A stretch of 51,580 nucleotides of DNA from a virus (lineage: Duplodnaviria; Caudoviricetes). Below, piece by piece: positions 23,716 to 33,445 of this stretch. The stretch is from the IMG/VR virus record IMGVR_UViG_3300020061_000009, positions 1 through 51,580 of that record, one strand, 5' to 3'. Both the position numbers and the translations under genes were made by a program. Numbering within the stretch: the stretch's first letter is position 1; every line of letters begins with the position of its first letter. The notes beneath the pieces are model-generated. The model saw nothing but the letters and a program-made list of their open reading frames with translations, did no database searches and was not told where the DNA came from.

Positions 23716-24315
23716 TCACGAGACGCTGAATTCTCTGACGAGACCGGTGAAGTCCCGACCGTTGACGTAGAGACGACCGACGCCGCTGACGACGACCCTG
23801 GCGACTCTCTCGGGATGGGGCAGCGGCCACGGCTCTCTCAGCTGACGTGCCAGCAGCGTCAGTCGTGGGTTACCCGTGGCGGGATCGACCTCATGACTGC
23901 GACCGTCGCCGCACCGGACGTACGACTCGATGGTGATCTCGGTGCCGACAATGATGATGGTCGTAGCGAGGGGGACATCACGGGGCTCGACGTCGTGCAA
24001 TTCGAGCCAAGTATGCAGTGTCTGGCGTGCCTCATTTGACAGCGCCATGTATTGGTAGGGCTGGGGGGTGCCGGCGATGTGGACCGTGAACGAGTCGGCG
24101 AGGCTGGACACACCTCCCACAAAACGAGTTCGTCGAGACGTACTGGGGGCGGCGAAGTCTTCGGGTAACTCCTTCGCCCCGGTGAGTTTCCGTGTGCCCG
24201 CCCGCTGGCAGGACTCGCTCGCCCAATAGGCGGACGGCCCGTACAGCAAGCGGCCGCAGCCACATGCACACTGCTCTGCTACGGCCGCGTCGATGCGGTC
24301 GAGGATGTCGGTCAT
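23716..24315 (-). CDS. Hypothetical protein
   Basis: MTDILDRIDAAV..CACGC. Confidence 0.65.
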   Translation of the reverse strand: MTDILDRIDAAVAEQCACGCGRLLYGPSAYWASESCQRAGTRKLTGAKELPEDFAAPSTSRRTRFVGGVSSLADSFTVHIAGTPQPYQYMALSNEARQTLHTWLELHDVEPRDVPLATTIIIVGTEITIESYVRCGDGRSHEVDPATGNPRLTLLARQLREPWPLPHPERVARVVVSGVGRLYVNGRDFTGLVREFSVS

Positions 24316-24331
24316 CGGGCCATCGCCTGGA

Positions 24332-24544
24332 TCACTGCCTCGGTGAGCTTGTCGACGCGCTTGCGTTGGTGCGGTACCAAGCAAGCGCGTCGCGGCGGGC
24401 GTAAGCATTGGCGGGGTTGGCGGTGACTGCCTCGCGCAGATCCACGGGCAGCCGCTCCGTGCACGGCCCACACGCGACCATGCGGTGGATGATCCTGCGT
24501 CTGCACCTGCCGGGGCAGTCCTTGCGCTCGTGAACCGTCGGCAT
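24332..24544 (-). CDS. Small Cys protein, paralogue of 27504-27755
   Basis: CPGRC.RRII..M.ACGPC...LP..LR.A...ALAWYR. Confidence 0.65.
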   Translation of the reverse strand: MPTVHERKDCPGRCRRRIIHRMVACGPCTERLPVDLREAVTANPANAYARRDALAWYRTNASASTSSPRQ

Positions 24545-24546
24545 GC

Positions 24547-24861
24547 TTAGCCCCCCGTCTCCTTTGCCTTCGGCTCCGCCAGGTAGCCCTCGCCGCCGCC
24601 CATGTTCATCGGCGACATCTGCCAGCCCTTCCGCTCGGACGCGAGACCAAACGCCGGCCCTTCGCTGGGCGCTTTCGGTCCGTCCGTCCGGGACCACAAC
24701 TCCAGGACTTTGTCGGCTACCTGTTCGTAGGTGACGTTGGTGTCTGGGCATTCGATCGTCACCTCGCGGCCTCCGGCGTCGATGGTGACCTTCACCGGTC
24801 CACTTCGGCCGGGCTGCGGCGATGACGAATGCTGACCCTCGGCCAACACCAACTCAGTCAT
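24547..24861 (-). CDS. Hypothetical protein
   Basis: ORF track; operon packing. Confidence 0.6.
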   Translation of the reverse strand: MTELVLAEGQHSSSPQPGRSGPVKVTIDAGGREVTIECPDTNVTYEQVADKVLELWSRTDGPKAPSEGPAFGLASERKGWQMSPMNMGGGEGYLAEPKAKETGG

Positions 24862-25033
24862 GCTCGACCCCTTCCGCGATGCGCGCGGCGACCGTCAGAC
24901 CGACCCGTGCCGTGTCGCCCTCGAGGTGCTCGACCGAGCTGGCGCAGACCGAGCGCCTGAAGCCGCTCTTCGAAGAGAGCGCCGTTGTGCGATCCGCCCC
25001 GCACAACACGCAGGCCCCCGCCGCGTCAGGCAT
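24854..25033 (-). CDS. Hypothetical protein ending AARIAEG
   Basis: Coupled ORF. Confidence 0.5.
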   Translation of the reverse strand: MPDAAGACVLCGADRTTALSSKSGFRRSVCASSVEHLEGDTARVGLTVAARIAEGVEHD

Positions 25034-25307
25034 GGTCCGGTCCCCCTTCCGCGATACGTGCGGCCTTGTCCATCGACATCGCGTGTGTCTTGACGAACTC
25101 GCCGTCGCCAAGGCCGTGGTCAACGAGGCGTTGGATGTCCTCTCGGCAAACTTCCCGGATGTCGGCCGCAGCCTGCCGCCGTTCCTCCGCCACGGCTAGA
25201 GGCCAGACGGTGTCAACCGTGGCTCTGATCGCGTCCTGGAGCGTGCCGCCGGGCGCCTGGAACGCGACTCTGGCCGCCTCGTACGCGGCCTCTGTCGGAT
25301 CACTCAT
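25026..25307 (-). CDS. Hypothetical protein ending AARIAEG
   Basis: Coupled ORF. Confidence 0.65.
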   Translation of the reverse strand: MSDPTEAAYEAARVAFQAPGGTLQDAIRATVDTVWPLAVAEERRQAAADIREVCREDIQRLVDHGLGDGEFVKTHAMSMDKAARIAEGGPDHA

Positions 25308-25786
25308 GATGCCCTCCCCTCCGCGATGCGGGCTGCGGCCTCGCCCCAGAAGCAGATCGCATGCGTCGCGCCGCCGCGACTCGTACCGTGGTCCCTCTCA
25401 TAGACGTTGCAGCAGCACACCAACTCGCGTCGAATCTCTTCAGCGATCACTCGCCCGGCAATACGACGCGCATCCGCGACGAGTCGTGCCCGAAGCTCGC
25501 CGTGTTCGTCTGGCCCTGCCGGCGTCCAGGTACTACCCATCTGGTCGACGGCGGCGATGATGGCGCGCTCCAGTGGCGAGAAGAAGTCCTTGGGGTACTC
25601 GGCGATCGGAGCCGACCCGTAGCGGATGCGCCGCCACGCCTGGGCCGCCTCGACCACGGGCATCGTCTTCTCCCGGTCGGTCTCGTACCAGTCAAGTGCC
25701 TGTAGTGCCAATGCGAGCCGGTCGGCGACGGGCACCATGGGGTTGTGGAGGGCGGCTGCCTGCTGGCCTGGAGGGAGGTTATACAT
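25304..25786 (-). CDS. Hypothetical protein ending AARIAEG
   Basis: AGGAG RBS; coupled ORF. Confidence 0.65.
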   Translation of the reverse strand: MYNLPPGQQAAALHNPMVPVADRLALALQALDWYETDREKTMPVVEAAQAWRRIRYGSAPIAEYPKDFFSPLERAIIAAVDQMGSTWTPAGPDEHGELRARLVADARRIAGRVIAEEIRRELVCCCNVYERDHGTSRGGATHAICFWGEAAARIAEGRAS

Positions 25787-26861
25787 CGATGTTCTCCTTC
25801 GCGGGCATCTGGCGGCCCACCTCGTCGTCAAGTGCGGTGTGCTGGTCAAACCAGTGGTCCCGGTCTGCCATCAGCCACGCCAGCAGCGTCCCTAGGTCGG
25901 GCAGGGTGCTCACGCGTTCGATCGGTGACTCCTGCCTCCACCGCTCTGCGGCGGTCTGCATGCAGGTCCACTGGAGGTCGAAGAGTGCCTGCAACTCGTC
26001 CCGCTCGGCGATGAGCCGTTCCCACTCGCCCCGATCTCCAAGAATGGCTGCCTCCGCCCGCCGCACCTCGGCCAGCACCCCTTCCAGCCGTGCGACGTCG
26101 GCCTGTAGGGCGGAGACTTGGGCGAGCGTGGCCGCCATGACCTCGGAGACCGTGGCCGCCGAGGCGTCGCGCGTCTTGTAGCCGTGCAACGGGGCGAGGC
26201 GCTCGTACGCCTCATGGAAGAGCTGGGCGACCTGCTCGGCCATCCGCTCCTCCGGCTCCGGTCCCGTGGGAGCGGGCAGGCGTGGTTGGTTGTCGGCGTG
26301 CCACCCGCCGTCGCACCCGGCCGCCGCCGCGTTGAGGATCGACCCGCACTTGGGGCAGCCGAATCCCTGGGCGGCGAAAGGGCCGACACGGACGTCGTGG
26401 CAGGTGCAGACGCAGTCGTGGTCGGTGCAGCCGTCGAGGCCGAACGCGCAGCGTGTGTTGATCCAGCCGTCAATGTCGCGGCCGTGGCGGGACGTGGGGG
26501 CGGTCATCGGGCACCCACCATCGTCAGGTGCAGGAACCGGTCCGACGTGTGCCGTGACGGCTGGGTCGACTCGGACGGGGATGCTCATCGCGTCTCTCCT
26601 TCTGGCCTCATCTGGCGCAGGGTGCTGATAGCCACGGTGCGCATCGGCCTGCGGCACATCCACAGTCAGCGCCCGGCCGTCGCGGCTGGCAATGAGACGC
26701 AGCGCAACTTTGGTGAGGTCGAACAGGTTTTGCGCCCGGCGGGGATCCTTGACGGCAAGCAGCCTCAGCGCGGCGTCGACCCCTTTCACATCACCCTGTC
26801 CCAGAGCGGCGTGGAAGATCCCCTCCAGGTCATCTGCGGTGATCTCATCGAGTTCCGTCAT
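25779..26861 (-). CDS. Mosaic hypothetical protein, possibly several fused small genes (internal start near 26507)
   Basis: Long ORF with internal RBS/ATG and unrelated segments. Confidence 0.55.
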   Translation of the reverse strand: MTELDEITADDLEGIFHAALGQGDVKGVDAALRLLAVKDPRRAQNLFDLTKVALRLIASRDGRALTVDVPQADAHRGYQHPAPDEARRRDAMSIPVRVDPAVTAHVGPVPAPDDGGCPMTAPTSRHGRDIDGWINTRCAFGLDGCTDHDCVCTCHDVRVGPFAAQGFGCPKCGSILNAAAAGCDGGWHADNQPRLPAPTGPEPEERMAEQVAQLFHEAYERLAPLHGYKTRDASAATVSEVMAATLAQVSALQADVARLEGVLAEVRRAEAAILGDRGEWERLIAERDELQALFDLQWTCMQTAAERWRQESPIERVSTLPDLGTLLAWLMADRDHWFDQHTALDDEVGRQMPAKENIDV

Positions 26862-27169
26862 TGCTCACCGGTTTCGATCGCGGCCGCCAGGCGCAGCATG
26901 TCCCGGATGAGGATTGGCACCGTGAGACCGTCCTCCTCAGCCCCCGGCTCGATCTCGCCGCTGTACTCCAGCAGTCCGCGCATGACCTCCAGCCGGATCG
27001 ACTGCCCAGCGGTCAGCGCGGTGGCCGGCATGTCGCGCAGATCGACCGATGCCCCGTGCTCCTCGCCGGCCGCGTAGGCGCGGCCGATCTCCTGGACAAC
27101 CTCACGGTATGTCATGTCCGTGACGTGCTCATCCGGTACGGCGGTGATGATCCGGTCGGTGATGCTCAT
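26858..27169 (-). CDS. Hypothetical protein
   Basis: Coupled ORF. Confidence 0.6.
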   Translation of the reverse strand: MSITDRIITAVPDEHVTDMTYREVVQEIGRAYAAGEEHGASVDLRDMPATALTAGQSIRLEVMRGLLEYSGEIEPGAEEDGLTVPILIRDMLRLAAAIETGEQ

Positions 27170-27195
27170 TTCGTGGCTCTCGCTCTCTCCGGCTC

Positions 27196-27507
27196 TCACC
27201 GGCGTAGGGCTTCGTTGATCTGGGCAAGTTCCGCCACACCATGTGCAACGTCGGGGAGTAGGTGCGGGCGGATCTGGAATCCGAGCATGTCTGGCCACTC
27301 GTTGGCCGGCTTCACCACGATCAGCCCTTCACCTAGCAGGTAGCCGACCGCGGCCTCCACGACCAGCTTGGTGTGCGTCGCCGCCGTCACCCGGCGCAGG
27401 TCGTCGTTGTCGTGGACAAAAGTATCGACGGCGAAGCAGGCTGCGTACACGGCCCGGTCGCGGTCTTCTCGCTGTTGCTCTTCGGTGCTCCCTTGTGGGT
27501 GACTCAT
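27196..27507 (-). CDS. Hypothetical protein
   Basis: AAGGAG RBS; ATGA coupling. Confidence 0.65.
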   Translation of the reverse strand: MSHPQGSTEEQQREDRDRAVYAACFAVDTFVHDNDDLRRVTAATHTKLVVEAAVGYLLGEGLIVVKPANEWPDMLGFQIRPHLLPDVAHGVAELAQINEALRR

Positions 27508-27755
27508 GATTCGGTGGTCTCCTTGGTGTGGGCAGCACGGCGGTACCAGGCGAGGGCTGCGGTGACGGCCTGGCGGTGGGCGCGGATGAGGTCGGGGCCG
27601 GCGAATCCGTGTGCGCGCATGTCGTCGGCCTTGGTGATGGCGTCGCGGAGGTGTTGGGGCAACTCCAGCCAGCAGGGTCCGCAGGCGAGCATGGTGGGGA
27701 TGATCCGGCGGTCGCAGCGGCCCGGACAGGCATGTCGTGCATTGAACGTTGCCAC
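27504..27755 (-). CDS. Small Cys protein, paralogue of 24332-24544
   Basis: HACPGRC...MLACGPCW..LP. Confidence 0.7.
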   Translation of the reverse strand: MATFNARHACPGRCDRRIIPTMLACGPCWLELPQHLRDAITKADDMRAHGFAGPDLIRAHRQAVTAALAWYRRAAHTKETTES

Positions 27756-27758
27756 CGC

Positions 27759-28292
27759 TCACCCGTCCTGGCGAGGCTGGGTGAGAGCGCGTAGCTCGCG
27801 TTCGATGCGGCCGCTACGAAGGTCCGACGGCCGCCACTCCGTCGCATCCACACCGGCGGTGTACAGCGCGGCCCGCCAAGCGACCTGCTCCGGGGTAAGT
27901 CGACCCTGCTCCGACTTGAGCTCCCGGGCGATGACGCGACTCCCGACGATGATCAGGTCGGGGAAGCCCTGACCGTCGCCGGCGACCGACGTACGCCAGC
28001 CCTTCTCCGTCCTGGCCGGCCGGAAGTGGGCAGTGCGCAATGAAAAGACGCGACACATTTGCAGGACCGCGGCGAGGAGGTCCTCTTCAGACATAGCTAC
28101 GGCGAGTAGGTCGCGTCCGTGCTCACGCGCGGAGTGTTGGGCGGCCTTTCCTTCGATGCGGGCCTCCTGAATGACTTTCCGGTCGGTGGCTTTCCTGGCG
28201 TGTCGGGTCTTGTATTCGGTGGCATTCCGTCTCATGCGATCGACTATTTCGTTGTCGATTGCTGTCGGGTCGATGTCCATTGTTTGTCTCAT
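27759..28292 (-). CDS. VRR-NUC family endonuclease
   Basis: SEEDL, GFPDL, ELK..GRLTPEQ..W and WRPSD motifs. Confidence 0.88.
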   Translation of the reverse strand: MRQTMDIDPTAIDNEIVDRMRRNATEYKTRHARKATDRKVIQEARIEGKAAQHSAREHGRDLLAVAMSEEDLLAAVLQMCRVFSLRTAHFRPARTEKGWRTSVAGDGQGFPDLIIVGSRVIARELKSEQGRLTPEQVAWRAALYTAGVDATEWRPSDLRSGRIERELRALTQPRQDG

Positions 28293-28564
28293 GTCAGGGT
28301 TGGTTGTGGGCAGCGGTGTTGAGCGTGAATGGTGCCGTGGAGGTATCCGCCTGCGATCCGGTCGGCGTCACGATAGGTGAGGTATTTGCCGGAGGAGAAG
28401 GTGTATGTACGAAGTCCGGTGAGGAGAATTTCGACTTCGGTGCCGGGGATTGGTTGGGCGTCCGCGATAACGGTCAGTCCTTCGTCAATTGCCTTGAGGG
28501 TGGTCGTGCCACAGCCGGGGCAGGACTTGACGGCGGCCGCGGTTGAGACAAGGTGGCGGCTCAT
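28289..28564 (-). CDS. Small Zn-finger protein
   Basis: CPGCG...H.QH.C. Confidence 0.65.
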   Translation of the reverse strand: MSRHLVSTAAAVKSCPGCGTTTLKAIDEGLTVIADAQPIPGTEVEILLTGLRTYTFSSGKYLTYRDADRIAGGYLHGTIHAQHRCPQPTLT

Positions 28565-31479
28565 GGGGTCGCTCCGTGGTGGCAGGAGGGGTGGGTGGCG
28601 ATGGCGTGCCAGCGGTCGGCGAGGGCAGGGTCGAGTGGCCGGCCGCACACCTGGCAGGGGGCAGGGGGGGGCAGGTGGGGCAGTTTTTGCCCATACCCCC
28701 CCGCGCGAGGCAAATCCCCTTCTTGATCAACTCCAACTCCTCCTTGATCAACTTCTGCTACGTGGGGGTAGTGAGAATCTGCCCCCCCTGCCCCCTGGGG
28801 GGTTGTTTTGGTATCTGACCTGCCCGGGGAGGGGGGCAGGTACTCGCCGGTAACCTGCCCCCCTACCTGCCCCCTACCTGCCCCCCCGTCACTGTCTGTG
28901 TCGCCCCACATGCGTTGTGTGGTGGCGTCGAGGGGGCGGGGCGGATCGGCCGGGTCGACGATGCTGAGGCCTCGGAAGCCGCGTGCCCCCCTGACTTTGG
29001 CGGGCGTGGCGCCGATAGATTCAAGACGGTCGAAGAGTTTGCCTGCGGCGAGGGGGCGGCGGTGCCCGTCGCGTGCGCACCATTGCCGGTATGCCTGGTA
29101 CAGCACTGCCCTGGGCATCAGCGGGTGGGTGGCGGGGTCGTGCGGGGCGGGCACGAGGTCGCAGCAGTCGCCGACCCAGGTCCGCACCTGGTCGACGCGG
29201 CGGGCGAATTCTTCGTATGCGTCGTTCACGGATTGTGGTTCCGGGAATTGTCCGCGGGTCATGAGTTGGCGTAGTGCGGGAATGGCCTTGGCTGCGATCC
29301 CGGGTAGCTCGGAATAGAGTTTCGCGTCGAGTTGCCGGTCTTCTGTGCCAGTGAATGAGTGGGGGAATGGGATGATGAGCCAGCGGGATAGGTAGCCGGT
29401 GGTGGTGTCGGCGGATGAGGGTATCTCGTTGGCGGAGAAGACTGGCACTGCCCATGGCGTGAACTCGAACCGGTCGCGGCCTTTATGCTCGGCCGAGATT
29501 TGGTCTTGGCCGGTGATGGCTTTGAAGATTGCGGTGGATTCGAGGTAGGCGGAGTCGATGTCGCCGGCGATGTTGGCGAGCTTCCCGAACAGGGAAGCGG
29601 TGGAGAATCGGTTGGAGACGAGGTCGTGGAGGGTGACGCTTGTGGTGTTGTGCCGGCCGAGGAGTTGGGTGAGGACGCGTAGCAGGGTGCCTTTGCCGTT
29701 GCGTCCGGTGCCCATCAGCATGACGGCCTTGTGTAGCGGGTTGCCGGAGTACATCAGGTAGCCGATGAGTTCCCACACGACGGGCACGACGTCGATGGGT
29801 ACGACTTGGTGTAGGAAGGTGTTGAACGTGGGGCAGGTGGCGTCCGGTGTCCATGGTGTGGGGAGTTGGACGGTGGAGGGGATGTCGGCGGTGTGGGGGG
29901 TGAGTTCGCCGGTGCGCCAGTCGAGGAGGCCGTTGGCCATGTTGATGATGTCTGCGATTGGCTCGCTGGTGATGCGCCGGGCCTGGCTGCGGATGATGTC
30001 CTCTGTGTTGACGAGGTGGGTGCGGCGGTATCGGTCGCCGAGGAGTGCGGTGGTGCGGTTACGGACGACGTGCCGGTCGGATGACCACACTCCGGTGCGG
30101 TAGGCCCAGACGAGGTCGTCTGCGCCGGTGGCGAGTGGCCCTATTTGGAGGACGGCGGTGGCGAGGGCGTTCGCGAATAGGGAGCCGGCCTTGTCGAAGA
30201 ACCGTGACGGCGGGCCGCCGTCTGCGTTGGCTTCGGCGGCGGTTGGCGGTAGTTGGATGGCGGCGGCCTGGTCGCCGAGGATGCCTGCGAGGAGGTGCCG
30301 TTGGCGTGCGCCGTGGTCGATGGGTTGGCCGTAGCCGGCCGCGGCGAGTGCCCGGGTGGCGGCGGTGTAGTCGCCGCGGTGGTTGAGGAGGGTGTGGGCC
30401 GCGAACTTGTGGTACGACTCGTCTGCTTCGAGGGGTGCGGCGTTGGTGGTGAAAATATGGAGTCGGTCGGTGCCGAGGACGTTGGTGGTGGCGGAGGTGC
30501 CGGCGGGTTTCCCGGGCCGGGTCCAGTGGACGGCCTGGTCTTGGCGGTAGTGCTCGCGCCAGCCGTGGGGTTCGAGGACCTCGTTCCAGGTGGCGCGGTC
30601 GTTGTAGTCCTCGCCGGGGTCGGCGGAGGTGCGTGGCCCGTTCGCGGGCGGGGCGGGGGTGTGGTTGGTTGGGGCGGTTGGTGTGGGTGGGGTGATGGCT
30701 GCGGTGGCGGTTGCGAGGGCGAGGCGCAGTTCGGTGAGGGTCCATCGGGGTCCGGTCGATTCGAGGACGCGGCAGGGTCTGGCCAGGCCGGCTTTGCGGT
30801 TGATTGTGCCGGGGATGCGTAGGACGCGGGCGAGGTCGCCGACGCCGGATCCGTATACCCAGCCGAGTCGGGTGGCGGTTGCGGTGATGACGCGTTGCCA
30901 TTCGGTGGCGAGGTGTTTGATGACTCCGCGGTCTACGTCGGTGTTGACGGGGGCGGGGGTGTCCAGCATCCAGATGGGGTAGAGGCCGCCGCCGCTGTGG
31001 ATCCACAGGGTGGGGGTGGGCAGGCCGGAGATGGCGATGATGGCCCGGGCGGCGCCCTCGGATGGGGGTAGGGGAAGGAGGATGGGCGTTCCGCCGGTGG
31101 GGCGGGTTGCGGCGTGTGCTGGGCAGGCGACGCCCGGGGCGCATGGTGTGTCGGGGGTGCAGGTGGTGTGCTCGTGGCCGGGGCCGGCGATGTCGATGTC
31201 TGCCCATAGTGCGGGTAGGGCGGCGGTGTCGGCGGCGCCGCCGCGTCGGCCGGGTGGGAGTGCGGCTTTGAGGGTGGTGATGCGGGCGTAGATGCCCTCT
31301 TTGCCTTCGCCGTTGAGGTAGCGGGTGTAGCGGGTGGCGGCGTCGAGGTCGGTGAAGGTGCGGCCGGTCCAGTCGTCGGTTGAGCAGATGTGGGTGAGGC
31401 CGGGGGTGGCGCCGTGGATGAGGGTGAGCCATTCGTGTACGGCGTGCTCGTTGTATGTGGCTGTGGCCGTAGTAGTCAA
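28561..31479 (-). CDS. Primase-helicase (RepB-like primase + P4/D5-type SF3 helicase)
   Basis: LWADID, HSGGG, DLARVLRIPGT; NGLLD; GTGRNGKGT Walker A; FKAITGQD; TTG start with GGAGG. Confidence 0.92.
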   Translation of the reverse strand: MTTTATATYNEHAVHEWLTLIHGATPGLTHICSTDDWTGRTFTDLDAATRYTRYLNGEGKEGIYARITTLKAALPPGRRGGAADTAALPALWADIDIAGPGHEHTTCTPDTPCAPGVACPAHAATRPTGGTPILLPLPPSEGAARAIIAISGLPTPTLWIHSGGGLYPIWMLDTPAPVNTDVDRGVIKHLATEWQRVITATATRLGWVYGSGVGDLARVLRIPGTINRKAGLARPCRVLESTGPRWTLTELRLALATATAAITPPTPTAPTNHTPAPPANGPRTSADPGEDYNDRATWNEVLEPHGWREHYRQDQAVHWTRPGKPAGTSATTNVLGTDRLHIFTTNAAPLEADESYHKFAAHTLLNHRGDYTAATRALAAAGYGQPIDHGARQRHLLAGILGDQAAAIQLPPTAAEANADGGPPSRFFDKAGSLFANALATAVLQIGPLATGADDLVWAYRTGVWSSDRHVVRNRTTALLGDRYRRTHLVNTEDIIRSQARRITSEPIADIINMANGLLDWRTGELTPHTADIPSTVQLPTPWTPDATCPTFNTFLHQVVPIDVVPVVWELIGYLMYSGNPLHKAVMLMGTGRNGKGTLLRVLTQLLGRHNTTSVTLHDLVSNRFSTASLFGKLANIAGDIDSAYLESTAIFKAITGQDQISAEHKGRDRFEFTPWAVPVFSANEIPSSADTTTGYLSRWLIIPFPHSFTGTEDRQLDAKLYSELPGIAAKAIPALRQLMTRGQFPEPQSVNDAYEEFARRVDQVRTWVGDCCDLVPAPHDPATHPLMPRAVLYQAYRQWCARDGHRRPLAAGKLFDRLESIGATPAKVRGARGFRGLSIVDPADPPRPLDATTQRMWGDTDSDGGAGRGQVGGQVTGEYLPPSPGRSDTKTTPQGAGGADSHYPHVAEVDQGGVGVDQEGDLPRAGGYGQKLPHLPPPAPCQVCGRPLDPALADRWHAIATHPSCHHGATP
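28652..28888. repeat. Clustered GGGGCAGG/CCTGCCCC iteron-like repeats, candidate origin
   Basis: About ten copies in both orientations near the helicase 3' end. Confidence 0.55.
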
Positions 31480-31576
31480 CGTGGGTCCTCCCTCGGCCGT
31501 GGTGCGGGTGGTGCATGTCGATGTGCCCCGCCCCGGGGGTGCAACTGGTTCCCGGGGCGGGGCTGGGGTTGCCGGC

Positions 31577-32293
31577 CTAGAAGGGGGCGACCTGGGCGGC
31601 CGGGTTGGCCATCGCGGCGAGGACGGCCAGTCGTTGTCCCTCGGGCAGGGTGGCCCACACGCCCGGGTCGACACCTTGCGGTGGCGGCGTCAGGGCGGTG
31701 TTGACCGGGGGCGCCGCTGCGAGCATCCCTGTGGGCGGTGCCGCGGTCGGGGTAGCCATGGCCGGCGGGGCCTGGGTGGTTGCGGCCTGGACCGGTGGCA
31801 CTGTCGGCGCTGCCGACAGTGGTGCGGCGGACTGAAGCGGCGGGGGCGCAGCGGCGGGGGTGCCGGTGAGGAGGCTGCCGGGGTCGACGACCGGGGCGGC
31901 GTAGTCGGCTGCGAACTGGCGGGCGTTGCCCTCGCCTTCGCCGGAGCCGGAGATCCAGCGCACCGCGATCCGGCCGCCGATGGCTAGACCTTTCGCGCCT
32001 GCCTTGACGATTGCCTCGCGGACTGGCGGCATCATGCGGGGGGTGATGTAGAGGCGGCGTCGGCCGTCGTCGGTTGGGTCTCCTGGGTCGCGGTTGTCGG
32101 TTTGGATGGTGACGATCACCTGCATCATCGGGTCGCCCGACTTCCAGAAGGCCGGCTCGTCGGTTTTGTATTTGTTCATCTGGGTGGCTTTGGGTTCGTC
32201 GACGATGGTGCCGATGACGGTGTCGCCGATTGTGTCGAACTTGACCGACGGCACGCCGCCGGACATGAGTAGGTCGTTGCCGCTTTGCGTCAT
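31577..32293 (-). CDS. Single-stranded DNA-binding protein (actinophage type)
   Basis: KF..IGD...GTI, W.SGDP..Q, DDG.RRLY; Pro/Ala tail ending PF. Confidence 0.8.
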   Translation of the reverse strand: MTQSGNDLLMSGGVPSVKFDTIGDTVIGTIVDEPKATQMNKYKTDEPAFWKSGDPMMQVIVTIQTDNRDPGDPTDDGRRRLYITPRMMPPVREAIVKAGAKGLAIGGRIAVRWISGSGEGEGNARQFAADYAAPVVDPGSLLTGTPAAAPPPLQSAAPLSAAPTVPPVQAATTQAPPAMATPTAAPPTGMLAAAPPVNTALTPPPQGVDPGVWATLPEGQRLAVLAAMANPAAQVAPF

Positions 32294-32349
32294 AACTGTG
32301 ACTCCTTTGTGGATGGATGGACGGGGTGTTGGTGGTCAGGTGGTGGGCG

Positions 32350-32622
32350 TTACGCGTGCGGGCAGATGGGGTAGTTGCCTGTGCAGTCCGGTGGGCATCT
32401 GTCTGTTGGGTCCGGGACGATCGGGTTGTCCTCGGGCCATGAGATGGTGATTGTGGCTTTGTTGATCAGTTCGTCGATGGCTTCGGTGGCGGCGTTGTGG
32501 GCGTCGTCGCCCATGTCGAGGTCTTCGAGGTGCTCGGAGATGGACAGGTTTCCGATGTCCTGGGCGTGGTTGAGGATGATCGTGACCGCGTGTTCGCGTA
32601 GCTGTTCGGCGGTGAGTGCCAT
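32350..32622 (-). CDS. Hypothetical protein
   Basis: ORF with RBS. Confidence 0.6.
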   Translation of the reverse strand: MALTAEQLREHAVTIILNHAQDIGNLSISEHLEDLDMGDDAHNAATEAIDELINKATITISWPEDNPIVPDPTDRCPPDCTGNYPICPHA

Positions 32623-32647
32623 AAGGGGGTTGCTGCTTCCTCTCGGG

Positions 32648-33445
32648 TCAGGCGATGAGGCCGGCCATCTGCTTGTCGATCTTGGCCTCGGTGTTGCCGG
32701 GGCAGCCGGTGGCGTCGGCGGGGCCGGCTCTCTTGAATGGGCACCAGGTGCAGGCATCGCCTGGCGCGGCGGGTACGGCACCCCACAGGGTGGGGTTGGC
32801 TGTGAGGGGTAGGGCGGTGATGAGGTCTTTGGTGGCGTAGTAGCGGACGATGGCGTCGAATGCGACGTCCGGCTGGTAGGTCTCGGTCCATTCGGCGGAC
32901 TCGTCGTAATCATGGCTGCGGGCGAGGAACACGATCCGGACCCATTTGACGGGCCGGCCGGCGAGGGCATGCCCGTAGCCGTACAGGTGGGCTTGCACCC
33001 GGTAGTCGGGTGCCACCAATGATTCGACGGGTACCGTTTTCCGTTTGACTTTCTTCAATGCGGTGCTGCCGACGTATTTCCAGTCAATGACCATGTCCCA
33101 GTCGTTGTCGTAGGCGTCGCCGTGGCCGCCAAGTTCGTCATCGAGGCGGAGTTTCTGCTCGGGGAGCCAGCGGGCACGGTTGATCTGCCCGTTGTGGAAG
33201 TGGAGTACGTCCTCCATCAGGGTGTGGATCGCGGTGCCTTGCATCGGTGCCCACGGCACTCGATGCTCCGGTTGTTCTGGGACGCCGGCGAGTTTCATGG
33301 CGATCTGCCGCTGGCAGGGGGTGCCGAGTTCGGACGGGCCCAGCGCGGTCTGTTGGCTGCGGTCGCGGCTCGCGTCGTAGCTGATGAGTACGTCGCGCAG
33401 TTCAGCCACGGTGGACGGGGGCGCACCGGCGATGATCCCGCTCAT
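32648..33445 (-). CDS. Cas4-like PD-(D/E)xK exonuclease
   Basis: GPSELG..C.R, GTAIH, G..D...IDWK, Q.HLYG and C.WCPF...CPG motifs. Confidence 0.87.
   Translation of the reverse strand: MSGIIAGAPPSTVAELRDVLISYDASRDRSQQTALGPSELGTPCQRQIAMKLAGVPEQPEHRVPWAPMQGTAIHTLMEDVLHFHNGQINRARWLPEQKLRLDDELGGHGDAYDNDWDMVIDWKYVGSTALKKVKRKTVPVESLVAPDYRVQAHLYGYGHALAGRPVKWVRIVFLARSHDYDESAEWTETYQPDVAFDAIVRYYATKDLITALPLTANPTLWGAVPAAPGDACTWCPFKRAGPADATGCPGNTEAKIDKQMAGLIA

Noticed and set aside
31480-31674. Primase start at 31674
   Set aside because: It overlaps the SSB gene; TTG at 31479 has a GGAGG RBS.
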